Source: Thermoplasmata archaeon (lineage in GTDB: Archaea; Thermoplasmatota; Thermoplasmata; Lutacidiplasmatales; UBA184). Taken from it: a stretch of DNA of 64,000 nt. Under the pieces are notes generated by a model. That model was not told the origin of the DNA and did not search any database. It saw nothing but the letters and a program-made list of their open reading frames with translations. Numbering within the stretch: the first letter of the stretch is position 1; each line of letters starts with the position of its first letter. The stretch is taken from contig JBEKJG010000001.1 of NCBI GenBank assembly GCA_050011355.1, positions 70,875 to 134,874 on the forward strand, read 5' to 3'. The position numbers were made by a program, and so were the translations under genes. Of this stretch, positions 49,295-58,281 are shown one piece after another.

Positions 49295-50974
49295 TCACGC
49301 GTTCTCGACCGGACCCTGATAGAGGTAGCATGCCACCGTGTGGCCCGGCCCCTCGATCGTCATCGGCGGCGGCGCGGTCTTGCAGATCTCCATCGCGTAC
49401 GGGCATCGGGGGTGGAACCGGCATCCGGTCGGGGGCGAGATCAGGTTGGGCACCGAGCCGGGGATGGAGGTCAGCTCCTTGCTCGGCTGGTCGAGCCGGG
49501 GGATCGAGGCGAGCAGTCCCTGGGCGTACGGGTGCAAAGGCCGCCGGAAGACCTCCCGCACCGGCCCCTTCTCGACGATCACGCCCGCATACATCACGCA
49601 CACGTCGTCCGCGACCTCGGCGATGACGGCCAGGTCGTGGGTGATCAGCAGGATCGCGGTCCCCACGCGGGTCTTGAGGTCCCGCATCAGCTCGAGGATC
49701 TGGGCCTGGATCGTGACGTCGAGCGCGGTCGTCGGCTCGTCCGCGATGAGCAGGTCGGGCTCGGAAGAAAGCGACATCGCGATCATCACCCGCTGGAGCA
49801 TCCCGCCCGAGAGCTCGTGAGGATACCCCCTCGCGATCTGAACCGGGTTCGCGATCGAAACGCCCTCGAGTAAGTGGACGACCCGCCAGAACAGCTCGCG
49901 CTTCAGTGCCCGGTCCAACCGGGACCTCACGAGGGGGATCCGGTAGTAGAAGTGGCTGAGGCGGAGCTGGCCGGCCCGGCGACCGAGCCCCAACCGGGCG
50001 GTGGTATGAGGGGCCCGCTCGGTCATTTCGGAGAAGTAGACCTCGTTGAGCTTCTCCTGGATCTCGAGCAGCCGGCGCTGGTAGCGGAGGTAGCGGCGAG
50101 CACCGGCCCCGAGGCGCAACCGGTCGAGCGAGCGTCCGAGCTCGCGCCGCAGCTCGTCCGGGCGGCTGGTCGTGGCTCGGACGATGTAGAACGCCTGGGT
50201 GCCCACCGAAGGGGCGTGTGCCGCTTCACCGAACCGGATCGCCGCGGCCCGGATCTCTTCCCGAACGCCGGTGCGCGCCGCGTCGATCAGCTGGGCCCCC
50301 GCTCGCCCGACCGCGGGGGAATCCGGCGTGGCCTTCATCATTTCGTCGATGATCGCCATGCCCCGGTGGAGCAGGAGGACCTCGCTGAGCTGGTCCCCGA
50401 TCGAGAAGACCGGGTTCATCGCCTGGGTCGGTTCCTGGAAGATGGTGGAGATGGCCCGGCCTCGGACGGCCGACATCCGCTCGTTCGCGGCCTTGATGCG
50501 GCGGAACTTCCTCTTGACCTTGACCCGTCCGGTGTCGCCGATCGGGGTGAACTTGGCCTCCTCCTTCAGTCCCCAGAGGAGGTCCGCCCCCTCGAAGAGG
50601 ACCTCGCCGCTCATGATCCGTCCGGGTGGGTCGGCGATGAGCCGTGTGACCGAGAACGCCGTGACGCTCTTGCCGCACCCGGTCTCTCCGACCAGGCCCG
50701 TGGTCTTCCCCCGGTGGACCTTGAACGTGACCCCGTCCAGCGCCTTCACGACGCCATCGTACGTGTAGAAGTAGGTGCGGAGGTCCTTGACCTTGAGGAT
50801 CATCGTCTCGGGCGAGAAGATCTCGGCCGAGCCGGCGCTGGCGGTCCATTCCGGGGTATCGGCGGGAGGCCGGGAGTCCGCGAGGGGTGGGGAAGTGGAA
50901 GTGGGGGGAGTCGCGACCGCCGTGGAGATCACCTCACCGCCGGAGGCGCGGGTCAAGGGCATCCCGCAGCCCAT
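49295..50974 (-). CDS. oppD: oligopeptide/dipeptide ABC transporter ATP-binding protein (OppD/DppD-like) with a large internal insertion
   Basis: Contains Walker A GETGCGKS, the signature [13 protein letters not shown], Walker [13 protein letters not shown] and CRFHPRCP. The N-terminus is uncertain: ATG 50974 overlaps oppC, and ATG 50803 (MILKVKDL) is the alternative. Confidence 0.88.
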   Translation of the reverse strand: MGCGMPLTRASGGEVISTAVATPPTSTSPPLADSRPPADTPEWTASAGSAEIFSPETMILKVKDLRTYFYTYDGVVKALDGVTFKVHRGKTTGLVGETGCGKSVTAFSVTRLIADPPGRIMSGEVLFEGADLLWGLKEEAKFTPIGDTGRVKVKRKFRRIKAANERMSAVRGRAISTIFQEPTQAMNPVFSIGDQLSEVLLLHRGMAIIDEMMKATPDSPAVGRAGAQLIDAARTGVREEIRAAAIRFGEAAHAPSVGTQAFYIVRATTSRPDELRRELGRSLDRLRLGAGARRYLRYQRRLLEIQEKLNEVYFSEMTERAPHTTARLGLGRRAGQLRLSHFYYRIPLVRSRLDRALKRELFWRVVHLLEGVSIANPVQIARGYPHELSGGMLQRVMIAMSLSSEPDLLIADEPTTALDVTIQAQILELMRDLKTRVGTAILLITHDLAVIAEVADDVCVMYAGVIVEKGPVREVFRRPLHPYAQGLLASIPRLDQPSKELTSIPGSVPNLISPPTGCRFHPRCPYAMEICKTAPPPMTIEGPGHTVACYLYQGPVENA

Positions 50975-52400
50975 CGGACAAGAAGTTCACGCTGATCGCG
51001 TAGAAGAAGAGCACCAGCCCCGGGAACAGGATCTGCCACCAGGGGATGATGCACCCCGTGGCCTGCGTGCAGGTGTCCAGGAACAGTTGGAGCTGGAGCA
51101 CCGAGTTCGCCGAGATGGCTCCCCATTCCGGGAAGTACGGGCTGTTGAAGAGGTTGAACCCGAGGTAGACGAGGACCCCGATGAGGAGCGGGATCGTCCC
51201 GACGTCCAGGGACATCTGGATGAAGACCGGGTAGATCGAGTTGGGGATGATGTGCCGGCGGATGATGCGACCCTTTCCGGCCCCGGCAGCACGAGCCGCC
51301 TCGACGTACTTTTGCTCCCGGACGACCAAGACCTGGCCCCGGACGACCCGGGCGTAGAAGGGCCACCAGGTGACCAAGAACCCGACGATGAGGAGGAAGA
51401 TGTGCGTGTCGGGCGTGCTGAGACCCAGGATCGACGCGTTGTTCTGCGTGATGACGGCGATGACGACGATCACGAACAGGATCTGGGGAATCGAGAGGAA
51501 GATGTCTACGATCCGCATCAGCGCCTCGTCGACCACTCCTCCGTAAAACCCGGAGATTGCCCCGACGACCAGGCCGATTAGGGCCCCTCCACCGACGATG
51601 GTAGTGGAGATGAGAAGCGACCAATCCGAGCCACGCAACAGGCCCTGATAGACGCTGAAAAACCCGTTCGAGATGCTCGGCGTGAGGGTCAGCGAACCGA
51701 GCGGGAGAGGACCTGCCGAGAACTTTGCGAGGTTGAACGTCGGTGCGATGTCGGAGGGGTTGGACGGTGGGGTCTGATAGCATCCCGGACCGGGGACGGC
51801 CGAGCCTTGGGGGTAGGTGCAAATCGTGTTGGCGGCCGAAATGCAGTAGTTGGGCGAGGTGTAGTTCATCGACACCTGCCACGGCGTCTGGGCCGGCAGC
51901 CCCGCCTGGAAGAAGGTCACCGCGTAACTGGGCTGGTTGGTCGCCGGGGTCAGTCCCGAGGAGGGGGGGCCGGCGGAGGGCTCGGAGGGCTTGACCGACG
52001 TGAAGTCGATGTACACCTCCACCGGTTTACCGGCGACCGTAATGGAACCGTGCGTAGGTGTCGCCGTAAACCCCGACACGGGGAGAAGTTGCCAAGAGTA
52101 GACCCCGTTGTGAAGTCCCGGGGCTGGGACGGAGTTGTTCGCGGATTGGCTTTCCAGGACCGTAGGGTTCTGGGAGTTGGTCGCGCAAAATGGCTCCATC
52201 GTGTAGTAGTTCAGAGGCTGGGTGACTGCGTAGATCGCTACGAAAATGAAGAAGATCAGAACTCCAAGACCAAAGAGCGCCAGCGTGTTCCGTCGCAGGA
52301 AGTACCAGGTCCTCTTGTACGAGTCGAGCTGAGGATGCGGGCGCCGGATGGCTTTGCGGGGCGTCGCCGCTGGCTTCGTGGCCGGTTCGGGGCTACTCAT
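50934..52400 (-). CDS. oppC: ABC transporter permease (OppC/DppC family) with an extracytoplasmic insertion of about 200 aa after TM1
   Basis: The C-terminal half is a typical BPD-transporter core ([23 protein letters not shown]). Residues ~61-262 form a Ser/Thr/Pro/Cys-rich loop. Confidence 0.88.
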   Translation of the reverse strand: MSSPEPATKPAATPRKAIRRPHPQLDSYKRTWYFLRRNTLALFGLGVLIFFIFVAIYAVTQPLNYYTMEPFCATNSQNPTVLESQSANNSVPAPGLHNGVYSWQLLPVSGFTATPTHGSITVAGKPVEVYIDFTSVKPSEPSAGPPSSGLTPATNQPSYAVTFFQAGLPAQTPWQVSMNYTSPNYCISAANTICTYPQGSAVPGPGCYQTPPSNPSDIAPTFNLAKFSAGPLPLGSLTLTPSISNGFFSVYQGLLRGSDWSLLISTTIVGGGALIGLVVGAISGFYGGVVDEALMRIVDIFLSIPQILFVIVVIAVITQNNASILGLSTPDTHIFLLIVGFLVTWWPFYARVVRGQVLVVREQKYVEAARAAGAGKGRIIRRHIIPNSIYPVFIQMSLDVGTIPLLIGVLVYLGFNLFNSPYFPEWGAISANSVLQLQLFLDTCTQATGCIIPWWQILFPGLVLFFYAISVNFLSDGLRDALDPRLRR

Positions 52401-52406
52401 CTCCGA

Positions 52407-53636
52407 TCACCCAAGTCGCACCCTCGGGTCGAGGTAGGCGTAAAGCACGTCCACGATGATGTTCGCGATGACCACGATGAACGTAAAGAGGAGGGTCGCC
52501 CCGAACACCAGTCCGTAGTCGATCCCCCCGTGGGTAGACTGGACTGAAAGGGCGAGGATCAGCCCCACGCCGTGTAACTGGAAAACGTCCTCGATCACGG
52601 GGAACCCTCCGATGAACCCGGCGAAAGTCAGCCCCAACACCGTGATTGTAACGTTGAGCGAGTTGCGGCCAGCGTGCCGCTTCACTACGGTGTGCTCGGG
52701 GACCCCTTCGGCCCGCGCGGTTCGGACGAAGTCGAGGTTCATCACTTCGAGCATGCTGTTTCGAACAAAGCGGAGCAGGGTCGCGATCGACCCAAAGGCG
52801 ATCACCAAGGCAGGGATGATGATCCGGAGCAAGGTGTCGAGCGCCAGCCACGGTGCCCCGTGGATCAAGGCATCGATGGTAGGGAAGCCTGTCGGAGAAC
52901 TCACGTAGCCGCCGATCAGCCAGGACGGATACCCCGAATTGCCCTGCAAACCGTAGCACCCTTGCGCGGGCCAAGAACCCGTGAACTCCTGCCACGTGGT
53001 CTCACCAAAGCTGCACCAGGGCGGGTGGGAGAAGAAGCCCGTTCCTGAGCCAAACGCAATGACAGCCCCCATCAATGCCAGCGAACTCAACAGGAACGCC
53101 GGCATCGCGTAACCGGAGAACGAGAGGACTCGCGCCGACTGGTCCACTGGACGGTTACGATTCACCGCCGCGAGGTTGCCGAGGGGGATGGCAATAAGGA
53201 GAATGATCGCGAGGGAGAGCGCAGCGAGCTCCAAAGTGTACGGGAGGAACCAGCCGAGAACTTCCGTGACAGGCTGCCCCTGAGCAGCTTGGAAGTAGTA
53301 TCCCGCGGTGCTGCCATTCCCCACCTTCCCCCAATTCAAAGTGAAGCTGTTGTAAATGTACAGACCCCACTGGTAGGGAATCGGTTGGTTGAGACCGGAT
53401 TTGTCGAGATAAGTAAAGTAGGCCGGGTTCGGGCATTGCGTGTTCTCTTTCGGAGGAGGGCACGGTTTAGTGGGGTGGTAGATCCACGGCTCTCGTTGGG
53501 GAGGCGTACCGAAATCGGAGGCCAATCGGGTGGACGTCGGCAGCGCACTCACCAGCACGAATGTGATGGTCATCACACCAATGACCACCGGTACGAGCAG
53601 AATCAAACGCCGCAGGATGTAAATCCACATCCGCAT
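52407..53636 (-). CDS. oppB: ABC transporter permease (OppB/DppB family)
   Basis: MRMWIYILRRLILLVPVVIG..., DFVRTARAEGV and C-terminal AYLDPRVRLG. A/T-ending codons are visibly more frequent than in the paralog at 43760. Confidence 0.88.
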   Translation of the reverse strand: MRMWIYILRRLILLVPVVIGVMTITFVLVSALPTSTRLASDFGTPPQREPWIYHPTKPCPPPKENTQCPNPAYFTYLDKSGLNQPIPYQWGLYIYNSFTLNWGKVGNGSTAGYYFQAAQGQPVTEVLGWFLPYTLELAALSLAIILLIAIPLGNLAAVNRNRPVDQSARVLSFSGYAMPAFLLSSLALMGAVIAFGSGTGFFSHPPWCSFGETTWQEFTGSWPAQGCYGLQGNSGYPSWLIGGYVSSPTGFPTIDALIHGAPWLALDTLLRIIIPALVIAFGSIATLLRFVRNSMLEVMNLDFVRTARAEGVPEHTVVKRHAGRNSLNVTITVLGLTFAGFIGGFPVIEDVFQLHGVGLILALSVQSTHGGIDYGLVFGATLLFTFIVVIANIIVDVLYAYLDPRVRLG

Positions 53637-53681
53637 ACTTTTGTGCCCCCCCGGGAAGGCGAACTACCCCAGCGCAGGGAC

Positions 53682-53690
53682 TATTTTATC
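53682..53690 (-). promoter_or_regulatory. candidate TATA box (GATAAAATA on the minus strand) for the oppBCDF operon
   Basis: An A/T-rich element lies about 46-54 nt upstream of ATG 53636. Confidence 0.35.
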
Positions 53691-54121
53691 CCTATCATGT
53701 GCCATAGCATGGTTCGGACGATTTTCTCTCGAAGGCTTGAACCTGCAGACCCGTACTGCTTGCACTAGATGGGTCCCAACGAACGGTCGGAAACGTGAGC
53801 CGAAGTGGGCTCGAACCGCCCCCGCGAGGGCAAGGCAGGCTCGGGCGTCGGTCGTCGGACGGGTGGCGCGGGCGCGTGGTATTCCCACCCATTCGTCTCA
53901 TGTGTTATGTTCCGGAAGTGACCGGTCGAGTAACTCCAGCTTGCCCCCGGTGAAGTGGTCACTCCAGTGGATCGGCGGAGGCGAACCCAGTGGAATGACA
54001 CCGGAACCCGACGTGTGTTCGAACGGGCCCCCGTTGGTGCATCCGTCAGGTGTGGGGGGCCGGCGAGGCGCAGCGCAACCTCGAACCGCATGAAATCATT
54101 GGCACGGAATCCCTCGGTAAT

Positions 54122-54144
54122 CTTTCGATCATTCTCCTCGAAAG
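54122..54144. repeat. 7-bp inverted repeat CTTTCGA-N9-TCGAAAG in the opp divergent spacer
   Basis: Read directly from the sequence: 54122-54128 is the reverse complement of 54138-54144. Confidence 0.6.
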
Positions 54145-54309
54145 TGTTCGGAACCCGGACTCGCAGTGAATGGCTTACACCCACGAGCTTGGGCACAATC
54201 ACGACGGTGGGTTGGGAGCGAACCGCTTTCCTTTCCGGCCTAACCTGATCCTCGGCAGAGGGAAAACTGTGGACCCCGGAGTTATTCGGCGATTTCGATT
54301 CTTGCAAGG

Positions 54310-54317
54310 TTTATATC
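54310..54317 (+). promoter_or_regulatory. candidate TATA box (TTTATATC) for the binding-protein gene
   Basis: This is the best TATA match in the spacer, 60 nt upstream of ATG 54377. A GGAG element lies 10 nt upstream of the ATG. Confidence 0.45.
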
Positions 54318-54376
54318 GAGAGCCTCGTTGGGTCCTCCCGGTTGGGCCTCCGGGTCCTCAACGCGGAGTTAGAAGA

Positions 54377-57300
54377 ATGCAGAATAGAGCAAGATGGACG
54401 GCCACCCTAGTCGGGATCGCCATTGTGGCGCTGTTCGTCGTGAGCTTCCTGCCGGCCACGAGTTTCGTGGGCGGCAGCGCAGCTTCGACACCGGCATACA
54501 CAGCGGCACCCGCCTATGGCGGCACGCCAGCAAAGGTAGCGACGCAGTCAGTCACGCCCTCGACAGGCAAGTACGGCCCTCACCCTGGCACCCTCGAGAT
54601 TTGGGAAGCCACGGGCGGTGGACCGTCAGAGGCTGACCCCAGTGTTTGTTACTACACCGTGTGTGACGAGCCGATTTCGAATGTTTATCAGACGTTGATT
54701 GCGTACAACGGTACCCAGGACGGACCGACTGCGGCCAGCTACGTGCCGCAGCTCGCGACGTGCGTCCCGGGCTCGCTCGAGTGCGCGGCCCAGTTTGGCG
54801 GGAACGACCTGGTGTACGACAACAACACCACGGGCGCCCCCCAGTACTACACGTTCGAGATTGACTCTGGCGCGCGGTTCTACGACGCGGCCCACAGCGC
54901 GGCGTGGGCGGTCTACCCGTCGGATGTCCTCTTCACCTTCGCGCGAACGATGGGCTTCGCCGACCTTCCGTACGAAGAGGCGACCAACGGCTGGATCAAC
55001 ACGCAGGAACTTGTCGGAGCGGGTAACCGGTCCTGGGATGGCGGCATTCACGCCCCCCTGAACAACACCCCCCAGAGCATCCTGAACGCGTTCCTGGTCA
55101 ACAACTCGTACTACTGCCCCACCTCGCCGGTCGTCACGACCAACGGGTGCATCACGTTCAACGTGGGTGCGTCCGGTCAGTCGTGGCCGTACTTCCTGGA
55201 GCTCGTGGCCGACAACCTCGGCGGCAGCATCCAGTCGTGCGGCTGGGACACCGCGAACGGTGGCGCTGTACCGGGCTTTGCCGGCACCAATGCCAGCAAT
55301 GGCGATGGACCGTGCCTGCTCCCGGGCAGCTCGACCTCGACCCAGCAGCCGGGCTTCCTGAACTACGTGTCTTCCACGCCTGCGACGGGCTGGGACACGT
55401 TCGAGGAGCTCGCCCTGAACCTCCCGGCCGTACAGCCGGGGATCCAGTGGAGCGAAGTCGGATCGGGCCCGTACTATGTTGAGAACCCGATCAACCCCGA
55501 TGTCGGATACACACTGCATGCGAACCCGGCCTACGCGGCACCCGTCGGGTGCGCGGGGACCCCGGGATGCATGCCACTGCCGGGCACCTACGCGGCCAAC
55601 GCAGACATCGTCTGGGAGGCCTCGGGTGATACGGCGGGTCTGAACGAGATGAACGCGGGTCAAGCCGATAGCGCTGGCTTCTTCTCGACAGACACATCGG
55701 TCGTTCTTGGGTACACCAACTACAAGCTGATCTCGGGGATTCCCTCCCTGTCGATCTTCTTCGAGCCGCTCGACCTGAACTTCAACGTGACGAACTACGG
55801 CACGCAGGCGGCGCCCTCGTCGATCAACGTCCCGAACACCTTCTTCCAGAACGTTGCGTTGCGCAACTTCCTGGTGAATGCGTTCCCGTACACGAGCGTT
55901 GACCAAACGTACAACTGCCCGACCCCGCCGGGTATCTGTTTCGGTGAGGACTACGGTGGGGCCATCCCCCACAACATGGGTGATTACTACCCCACCAACA
56001 TCACCTGGCCGAGCGGGAACCCCGCCCCCAATGCCTCCCAGCCCGGTAACGTCGCGTGGTGGTGGGCGCAGGCCAACGATGCGTCGAGCCCGTACTACGA
56101 CCCCCAGCTCGCGGGATGCACGCCCAGCACGCCCTGCTACTGGGACGATTTCGGGATCATCGGTGACCCCGTGCTCGACGGCGAGTACTCGCTGTGGAAC
56201 ACGGAGATCTCGACCCTGACCAACGGGACGCTCACTCCGGCCGTGCAAGATATCACCGGCCAGACGCTGATCACCGACCTAGGGAGCCCGGCGGGCACGA
56301 GCCCGTTGACGATTTACTCCCTTGGATGGGCGCCCGACTACCCCGACCCGACGGACTACGTGGCTCCGCTGTACTACCCCGACAACTCGTACTCGGCGCC
56401 CGACGCGCTCTCGGAGACGCTGCAGGCAGCCCCGAACAACGACTCGACCTGCCCCAACGACTACGGCGCCTGGTCGAACCTCACCTACTACGCGAACATC
56501 GGCGAACTGCCGACGGGATGCCAGGGTGGGGCCTACGACACGATGGTCGCGTGGATGAACCTGGCAGCGCACGAGCCGAACGTGGCGTACCGGACGCTCG
56601 AGTACAACTTGATCGAGCACATCGCGGCGCTCTTGGGCCTGTACGTCTACAACCCGCAGAGCCTCGTGGCGGTGGACTACGGTAACTGGATCCAGGGTTC
56701 GACGATCAACCTGAGTCCGATCTACGGCGGCGGTGGCGTTCAGCTCTGGTACGACTGGGGGTACGCGGCGAATTACTTCACCGCGACCTTCAACGAGGCC
56801 GGACTGGGCAACAACCCGGCGTGGACCGCGACCCTCGGAGGGACCACACTCAGCTCGCAGAACACGACCTCCGTCGCGTTCAGCAACCTGATCAACGGGA
56901 CCTATCCGTGGTCGATCCCCTCGGTGCCCGGCTACCTCGCGTCCCCCTCGAGCGGAAACGCGGTGATCAGCGGCGGGAACTTCACCCAGCTGGTGAACTT
57001 CGCCCAGATCACCGGGAAGACGTACGAGGTCGGGTTCACGGAGTCTGGTCTGCGCGCTGGAACGACGTGGAGCGTCATCGTTAGCGGAACCGGCGGAGGG
57101 GTGTCGCTCAGCGGCAACACCACGACGCTCTGGACCAACCTGACGAACGGGACATGGAACTACGTTCCTAGGCCAGTGACGGGGTACGCTACGCCAGCGA
57201 CCGGTAACTTCACGATTGCCGGAGCGCCACAGACCGTGACCATTGCGTACGCGGGGGTCGTCTACCACTCGTACGCGGTGACGTTCACGGAAACGGGCCT

Positions 57301-57712
57301 GGCATCTGGAGCGAGCTGGACTATCACGGTGAACGGGTGGAAGAACTCGAGTTCGTCCCCAACCATCACTGTGTATCTGGGCAACGGTACCTACTCTTGG
57401 GGTATCTTTTCCCTGCCCTCCGGCTACTCCGCGAGCCCAACCGCCGGGACCATCGCCGTGACAGGTGCCTCGGTCAACGTGGCGGTCACAGCGACTGCCA
57501 ACCAGCAACAGACGGTCAACACCTCGCCCGCCTGGACGTATCTCAGCACGCTCGCCTGGGTCCTCATTGGGGTCCTGGCGCTGCTGGTGATCATCTTCCT
57601 GGCGCTGGCGATGATGGCTGGACGGCGCCCGCCCAGCAGCCCGCCGGAGAGCTGGTCGTCCTCGTCTTCGTCGACGACGGAGTCGAAGGACAACAAGGGA
57701 GGCAGTGCGTAG
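54377..57712 (+). CDS. oppA: giant membrane-anchored ABC substrate-binding protein (family 5, peptide type) with three C-terminal beta-sandwich-like repeats
   Basis: ATG 54377 opens a signal/TM segment (MQNRARWTATLVGIAIVALFVV). SBP_bac_5-like blocks are present (YTFEIDSGARFYD, LGWAPDYPDPTDYVAPLY). Three repeats of about 85 aa follow. A C-terminal TM segment and a Ser-rich tail end the protein. N-x-S/T sequons are numerous. Track start 54170 is rejected. Confidence 0.8.
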   Translation: MQNRARWTATLVGIAIVALFVVSFLPATSFVGGSAASTPAYTAAPAYGGTPAKVATQSVTPSTGKYGPHPGTLEIWEATGGGPSEADPSVCYYTVCDEPISNVYQTLIAYNGTQDGPTAASYVPQLATCVPGSLECAAQFGGNDLVYDNNTTGAPQYYTFEIDSGARFYDAAHSAAWAVYPSDVLFTFARTMGFADLPYEEATNGWINTQELVGAGNRSWDGGIHAPLNNTPQSILNAFLVNNSYYCPTSPVVTTNGCITFNVGASGQSWPYFLELVADNLGGSIQSCGWDTANGGAVPGFAGTNASNGDGPCLLPGSSTSTQQPGFLNYVSSTPATGWDTFEELALNLPAVQPGIQWSEVGSGPYYVENPINPDVGYTLHANPAYAAPVGCAGTPGCMPLPGTYAANADIVWEASGDTAGLNEMNAGQADSAGFFSTDTSVVLGYTNYKLISGIPSLSIFFEPLDLNFNVTNYGTQAAPSSINVPNTFFQNVALRNFLVNAFPYTSVDQTYNCPTPPGICFGEDYGGAIPHNMGDYYPTNITWPSGNPAPNASQPGNVAWWWAQANDASSPYYDPQLAGCTPSTPCYWDDFGIIGDPVLDGEYSLWNTEISTLTNGTLTPAVQDITGQTLITDLGSPAGTSPLTIYSLGWAPDYPDPTDYVAPLYYPDNSYSAPDALSETLQAAPNNDSTCPNDYGAWSNLTYYANIGELPTGCQGGAYDTMVAWMNLAAHEPNVAYRTLEYNLIEHIAALLGLYVYNPQSLVAVDYGNWIQGSTINLSPIYGGGGVQLWYDWGYAANYFTATFNEAGLGNNPAWTATLGGTTLSSQNTTSVAFSNLINGTYPWSIPSVPGYLASPSSGNAVISGGNFTQLVNFAQITGKTYEVGFTESGLRAGTTWSVIVSGTGGGVSLSGNTTTLWTNLTNGTWNYVPRPVTGYATPATGNFTIAGAPQTVTIAYAGVVYHSYAVTFTETGLASGASWTITVNGWKNSSSSPTITVYLGNGTYSWGIFSLPSGYSASPTAGTIAVTGASVNVAVTATANQQQTVNTSPAWTYLSTLAWVLIGVLALLVIIFLALAMMAGRRPPSSPPESWSSSSSSTTESKDNKGGSA
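56771..57510 (+). repeat. three tandem protein-level repeats of about 85 aa (core Y-x-V-x-F-x-E-x-G-L-x-x-G-x-x-W)
   Basis: The cores are NYFTATFNEAGLGNNPAWTATL, TYEVGFTESGLRAGTTWSVIV and SYAVTFTETGLASGASWTITV. Confidence 0.7.
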
Positions 57713-57758
57713 GCCTCCAGCGGGGTCCGACCCTCGCTAAGGTAACCCTTTCCTCTCC

Positions 57759-57801
57759 CCCGAGTTCCCCGAAAGGGGAACTCGGGTGGTTGTTCTTTTC
57801 C
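57759..57801 (+). terminator. 12-bp perfect hairpin (CCCGAGTTCCCC-GAAA-GGGGAACTCGGG) followed by a T-rich tract
   Basis: Stem 57759-57770 pairs with 57775-57786 around a GAAA loop, followed by TGGTTGTTCTTTTCC. It lies 47 nt after the oppA stop. Confidence 0.6.
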
Positions 57802-57894
57802 TCTGACTCCGGGCGGACGTGGGCCGCTTCTTCCAACAAGACGAGGTAGTAGGCCCAAACTCCCGAGGGGTCCGGGAGGCCCGTCGCGATCCCG

Positions 57895-58281
57895 CTACAA
57901 CAGCGCGAGAGCGCCCGTAACCGCATCGAGTTGCGCGGCAGGGCAAGGTCCCAGTCCGATGCAGGTCCGGGTCCCGGGCGCCACTTCCGTGAGTCCGGCG
58001 TCCTCGACCCAGGCGGTCGGGATCCTCCGGGCGCGGGCCTGCGAGGCGATCTGCTCGAGGTCGGTGAGCGTCGGAGCGGTGAGAACGATCTTCTTCTGCC
58101 CGGCCGCGAGCCAGTTCGCGAGGGCTTCGGGGGCCCGCTTCTGGGCGGCCAACGTCAGCATCACGGCCGCGTGCGCAACCTGGGCCGCGGTCTTGCCCGC
58201 GGTCAGACGCAGTTCGCCGCGGACCACCAGGACCATCTTGTAGTCCGCTCCGGCGGCGGCCGCGCCGCGATTACTGGGCAT
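57895..58281 (-). CDS. pth2: peptidyl-tRNA hydrolase, archaeal Pth2 type
   Basis: KMVLVVRGELRLTAGKTAAQVAHAAV...TAWVEDAGLTEVAPGTRTCIGLGP is the Pth2 pattern. The start is either ATG 58281 or the internal Met 16. Confidence 0.88.
   Translation of the reverse strand: MPSNRGAAAAGADYKMVLVVRGELRLTAGKTAAQVAHAAVMLTLAAQKRAPEALANWLAAGQKKIVLTAPTLTDLEQIASQARARRIPTAWVEDAGLTEVAPGTRTCIGLGPCPAAQLDAVTGALALL

Noticed and set aside
53800-53830. tRNA-like T-arm (GGGC-GGTTCGA-GCCC on the minus strand) that could mark a tRNA or an integration-site remnant
   Set aside because: The TTCGA is shifted within the loop, the 5-bp stem has a mismatch, and I could assemble no acceptor, D or anticodon arms from the flanks, even when allowing introns.
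54170-54376. Upstream extension of the binding-protein ORF (track start 54170)
   Set aside because: The extension would run through the TATA-like element at 54310 and has no signal peptide. ATG 54377 is preceded by GGAG and opens directly into a signal/TM segment.
53637-54376. SRP RNA, RNase P RNA, 5S rRNA or C/D-box sRNA hidden in the long spacer or near srp54
   Set aside because: By eye I could not find the conserved helix-8 GGAA/AGCA motifs, the GGAAAGUCC-type P4 sequence, 5S landmarks or RUGAUGA...CUGA boxes. This is only a visual check, so an Infernal scan would be decisive.
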